Part shown: piece by piece, positions 61,068-64,000 of the stretch
Layout: each line of letters starts with the position of its first letter
Numbering within the stretch: position 1 is the stretch's first letter
DNA from: a virus
IMG/VR virus record: IMGVR_UViG_3300042558_005069
Location: 40,100 to 104,099 of that record
Direction: 5' to 3' (one strand)
DNA: 64,000 bases
Program-made: the position numbers and the translations under genes
The notes under the pieces: model-generated
Seen by the model: the letters and a program-made list of their open reading frames with translations, nothing else
The model's database searches: none
Told to the model about the DNA's origin: nothing

Positions 61068-61237
61068 TCGAAGACTCTTACATTAAATCCGCCGCAAGAC
61101 TTGCTGAGCTATTTAACGTTAATCCATTGGATCTTTTAGATCTTGACGACACTAACTGGGCTATACTTTTTGCTTGTGCTAAAGTAATTAGTAACGACCG
61201 CGAAGAGCAAGAGAGAAAGTCGAAGACTCAGAGGTAA
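61040..61237 (+). CDS. Probable -1 frameshift extension of the tail chaperone (gpGT-like)
   Basis: The -1 frame is open from 61004 to 61237 with no early start codon: PYEGVLDELVEDSYIKSAARLAELFNVNPLDLLDLDDTNWAILFACAKVISNDREEQERKSKTQR. Confidence 0.65.
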   Translation, partial: PYEGVLDELVEDSYIKSAARLAELFNVNPLDLLDLDDTNWAILFACAKVISNDREEQERKSKTQR

Positions 61238-61295
61238 TCCTCATAGCTCGGCAAAACCTTACACTCACGTGACCTAAAAATCACACGGAGCAGTA

Positions 61296-64000
61296 ATGGC
61301 AGACGAGAAGGTAAATGTACTAATTAAGTTTGACGCCAAAACGCGTCAGCTTGATACTGCCATAGCTAAAATGGCGTTACTCAACAAGTATGAAAAAAGG
61401 TTCGCCAGCGGTCAGCAACTTGAAAGATTTGCATCTCGTGGATCCGCAGCAGCAGGACAACTTGCCAGTAAATGGAAAAAGAGTTTTGATCTCATAGACG
61501 GCGCGGTCAAAATGACAGGAAAGTTCCTCACGGGATTTTTGAAGACTGCCATTAAAGGGGTGATCGCCCAAATGGGGCTTTTCGGAGCCGCAATGATGGG
61601 TGTCCACGCAACATTTGTTCTCGGGCAGTTTGCTATGAAAGCCTATCGAGGAGCCATGCAACTTGTCGCCGGAGGAGCGGCAGCAGCGACTATGGCTATA
61701 GCGGCATTTTCTTCTGCTCTTCGCGAGCAGCAGGCAGCAATGTTCGCCTACAGAGGCAAGGGGGCGAATGAGTTCGGTTCAGGGATGAATCAAACGCGAA
61801 TGGGGATGCGAAACCTTCAAGCAGACGCAAGTCTTGCAACTCTCGGAGTCGAAGCACTCAATAAAGCATATGGCACTATGTCAAAGTCGATGAACGTAGC
61901 GCAGATAAATGCAAGCACTTCGACGATACGTGCTCTTATGGACTTCGGCTCAGCCGGACAAGATCCTGCAAAAGGGCTAGAGCAAGTAGCAGTAGTAATT
62001 GAAATGCTGTCAAACAAAAAGAAAAACATATCAGAAGTTATTACCGAGGCCAAAAAACTTGGTCCTGAGATGGAAGAAGCCTTAAAGACAGCAAACGTAA
62101 AAACTAAAGCTGAATTTGAAAAACTTCTTATGAGCGGTCAGCTTGCAAAGAAGGGTGGAGTATCTGGCCAATTTGGAGAAATCAACAATACTTTAATAGG
62201 GCAGCTTAAAAGTTACTTTACGCGCATACGTGTTGAGTTTGCAGACTTTGGCGATCAGTTTCTTGAACCACTCAAGGTTGCTTTTGAAAAAATATTTGAC
62301 ATCATCAGAAGAGACTTAACTCGCATCGAAGCAACGATAATGCAGACTGTCGGAACGCAAGGGATGATAGACGGCTTCGTTACGGCAACTGACAAAATAA
62401 GTAATTTTATGGTTAAACTCATGCGCGAATATCTACCAAAGACTGTTGGTATGTTCGGGCGTATTTCCGAATGGATGGAAGATTTCAAACGCGGATGGAA
62501 CATTGTTTTAGACCGGCTGCGTCCACTAATAACTGGGGCACGCGTTCTATACAATGCGCTTTCGCCAATTTGGCAAGCAATAAAAGACGGTTTAAATCAA
62601 ATATTTGATTTTAATGATCAACTGATAGGGAACGAAGCAAACTTTAAAGAATTCGGAACAAATATTGCTGCGATAATTAACGTGATATCTGGCGCCTTAG
62701 CAAACATGCGTTCAATTTTTGAAACCATCGCTCCTTTTATAAATGATGTCATGAAAGGATTTGGCGATGTTTTCAAGATGGTCACTTCTTTCTTGACAGG
62801 CGGTGCCGGGAAAAGCTTCATCATGGCATTAGCCCCCCTGATCGCGATGCAGACTTTGGGATCAAAATTAGGCGCAACGAGTGGTCGTATGGCTCCCGTG
62901 CTTGGATCATTCAGCAAGGCAGTAACGATACAAGCCCAAACAGCAACGATTGTTGCGGCAGGCATGAGCGGAAGGGTTGGGGCATTTTCTGGAGGTGGAA
63001 CCGGCGGTGGGTCAAGAGTCATGACTCCACTTGGCTACGTTTCTAGCGGCGATACCATCGCAGCCCAACAAGGTTTTGCTAGCGGCGGTGGAGGATCTTT
63101 TGGTTCCATGAATGCGGAAGCAGTTGCCGCGGCAGCGACAGGAGGCTTGCAGGCTGGCGCCGATGCAGCAAATAATTACGCAAAGACATTTGCTATAAAA
63201 GATCAAAAAATGCAGCAAGAGAAAAATAAAGGTTTTTCTTCTGGAGCGGCTGATGACAAACAAAAAGCAGCAGCGGCGGCGGAAGCAGCAAAAAAGACAG
63301 CAGTTATGGGGTTCCGCGATCTTAAAAACATGCCACTTTCTGGTTTGAAAGGGTTTCTTAAAGCATCATCAGATTTGACAAAGTCAAAATATGGAGATGA
63401 CATTAAAGAAAGAAAAGATTTAGCCAGAAGGCAAATTGCAGATCAGAACGCCCTACTAAATGGACCACTGGCGTATTTGAGTCCAATACGCAAAATGATG
63501 GAACCGATAACTGGAGGAATCGGAGGGGCGCTGGCTGGCGGAACCCCCACGAATGAACAATATATGCAGGCAACTGGTGGTCTCGGGTCGAAATATGAAA
63601 CCCCTGAAGACCGTAGAGCCAGAAAAGAAGGACTCAGAACCGAACGAGACATGAGGCGTGAATTGCTTCAGGAGAGGCGCAAGTCACGCCTGAAACTGGC
63701 AGGGGCGACAGTTGAAGGTGGAATAAAAAAAGCCTATGGAGCTGCTCGAGGTTTTGGCGCCTACCTAAAAGGTCCAGCGTTCGATCCATACGGAGACGGA
63801 GGAAAAGGAGCCTACGTCGACGTTGGGGCAGCTAGAAATGAAATATTCGAGAGAAGACAGAATCGGATGGAGTTGCAAAACACTCTGATGGGCCGTACCG
63901 CTGCTCGTATTGGCTACAGGCGAGATATGGCTAGGTTGAACAGAGGGGAAGGAACTAAATTTGGTCGGGCCATGTCAAAGGTTGGCACATCTGGAGGTGC
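61296..64000 (+). CDS. Tape measure protein (3' end outside window)
   Basis: GGAG RBS; MADEKVNVLIKFDAKT...; A/G/M-rich helical sequence; no complete ORF in this frame in the track; follows the chaperone genes. Confidence 0.88.
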   Translation, partial: MADEKVNVLIKFDAKTRQLDTAIAKMALLNKYEKRFASGQQLERFASRGSAAAGQLASKWKKSFDLIDGAVKMTGKFLTGFLKTAIKGVIAQMGLFGAAMMGVHATFVLGQFAMKAYRGAMQLVAGGAAAATMAIAAFSSALREQQAAMFAYRGKGANEFGSGMNQTRMGMRNLQADASLATLGVEALNKAYGTMSKSMNVAQINASTSTIRALMDFGSAGQDPAKGLEQVAVVIEMLSNKKKNISEVITEAKKLGPEMEEALKTANVKTKAEFEKLLMSGQLAKKGGVSGQFGEINNTLIGQLKSYFTRIRVEFADFGDQFLEPLKVAFEKIFDIIRRDLTRIEATIMQTVGTQGMIDGFVTATDKISNFMVKLMREYLPKTVGMFGRISEWMEDFKRGWNIVLDRLRPLITGARVLYNALSPIWQAIKDGLNQIFDFNDQLIGNEANFKEFGTNIAAIINVISGALANMRSIFETIAPFINDVMKGFGDVFKMVTSFLTGGAGKSFIMALAPLIAMQTLGSKLGATSGRMAPVLGSFSKAVTIQAQTATIVAAGMSGRVGAFSGGGTGGGSRVMTPLGYVSSGDTIAAQQGFASGGGGSFGSMNAEAVAAAATGGLQAGADAANNYAKTFAIKDQKMQQEKNKGFSSGAADDKQKAAAAAEAAKKTAVMGFRDLKNMPLSGLKGFLKASSDLTKSKYGDDIKERKDLARRQIADQNALLNGPLAYLSPIRKMMEPITGGIGGALAGGTPTNEQYMQATGGLGSKYETPEDRRARKEGLRTERDMRRELLQERRKSRLKLAGATVEGGIKKAYGAARGFGAYLKGPAFDPYGDGGKGAYVDVGAARNEIFERRQNRMELQNTLMGRTAARIGYRRDMARLNRGEGTKFGRAMSKVGTSGG

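Overview
This 64 kb window is part of a large tailed phage genome, most likely a myovirus of Actinobacteria (inferred from a WhiB-like gene, leaderless promoters and a contractile-tail sheath). It holds a primase-helicase/WhiB block, an accessory block (class II RNR, tRNA-Arg(UCU), cytochrome P450, SNase, TauD dioxygenase), a minus-strand HK97-type head module of about 28 kb (portal, prohead protease, major capsid), a divergent large terminase, recombination genes (Sak/Rad52, RecB-like, RuvC), a ParB/IbrA/IbrB-like trio and the start of the tail module. Two long ORFs are missing from the supplied track because they run off the window edges: a >=2729-aa minus-strand ORF (8188 to <1) and the tape measure gene (61296 to >64000). 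The main discovery is a short peptide motif, [F/L]-[S/A]-S-G (usually R/K-F-S-S-G), found 22 times in three giant multidomain proteins and the tape measure protein. In the giant proteins it nearly always sits at the boundaries between recognisable enzyme modules: four GNATs, two ART-like domains, a DEDDh exonuclease, a zincin, ArdC, an SF1 helicase and ParB. Its codons vary freely, so it is conserved as protein rather than DNA. This suggests a phage polyprotein system in which capsid-loaded effector precursors are cut at a dedicated site. One precursor is fused to the prohead protease itself. Cleavage is inferred, not shown. All family calls come from motif recognition by eye; no database search was run.
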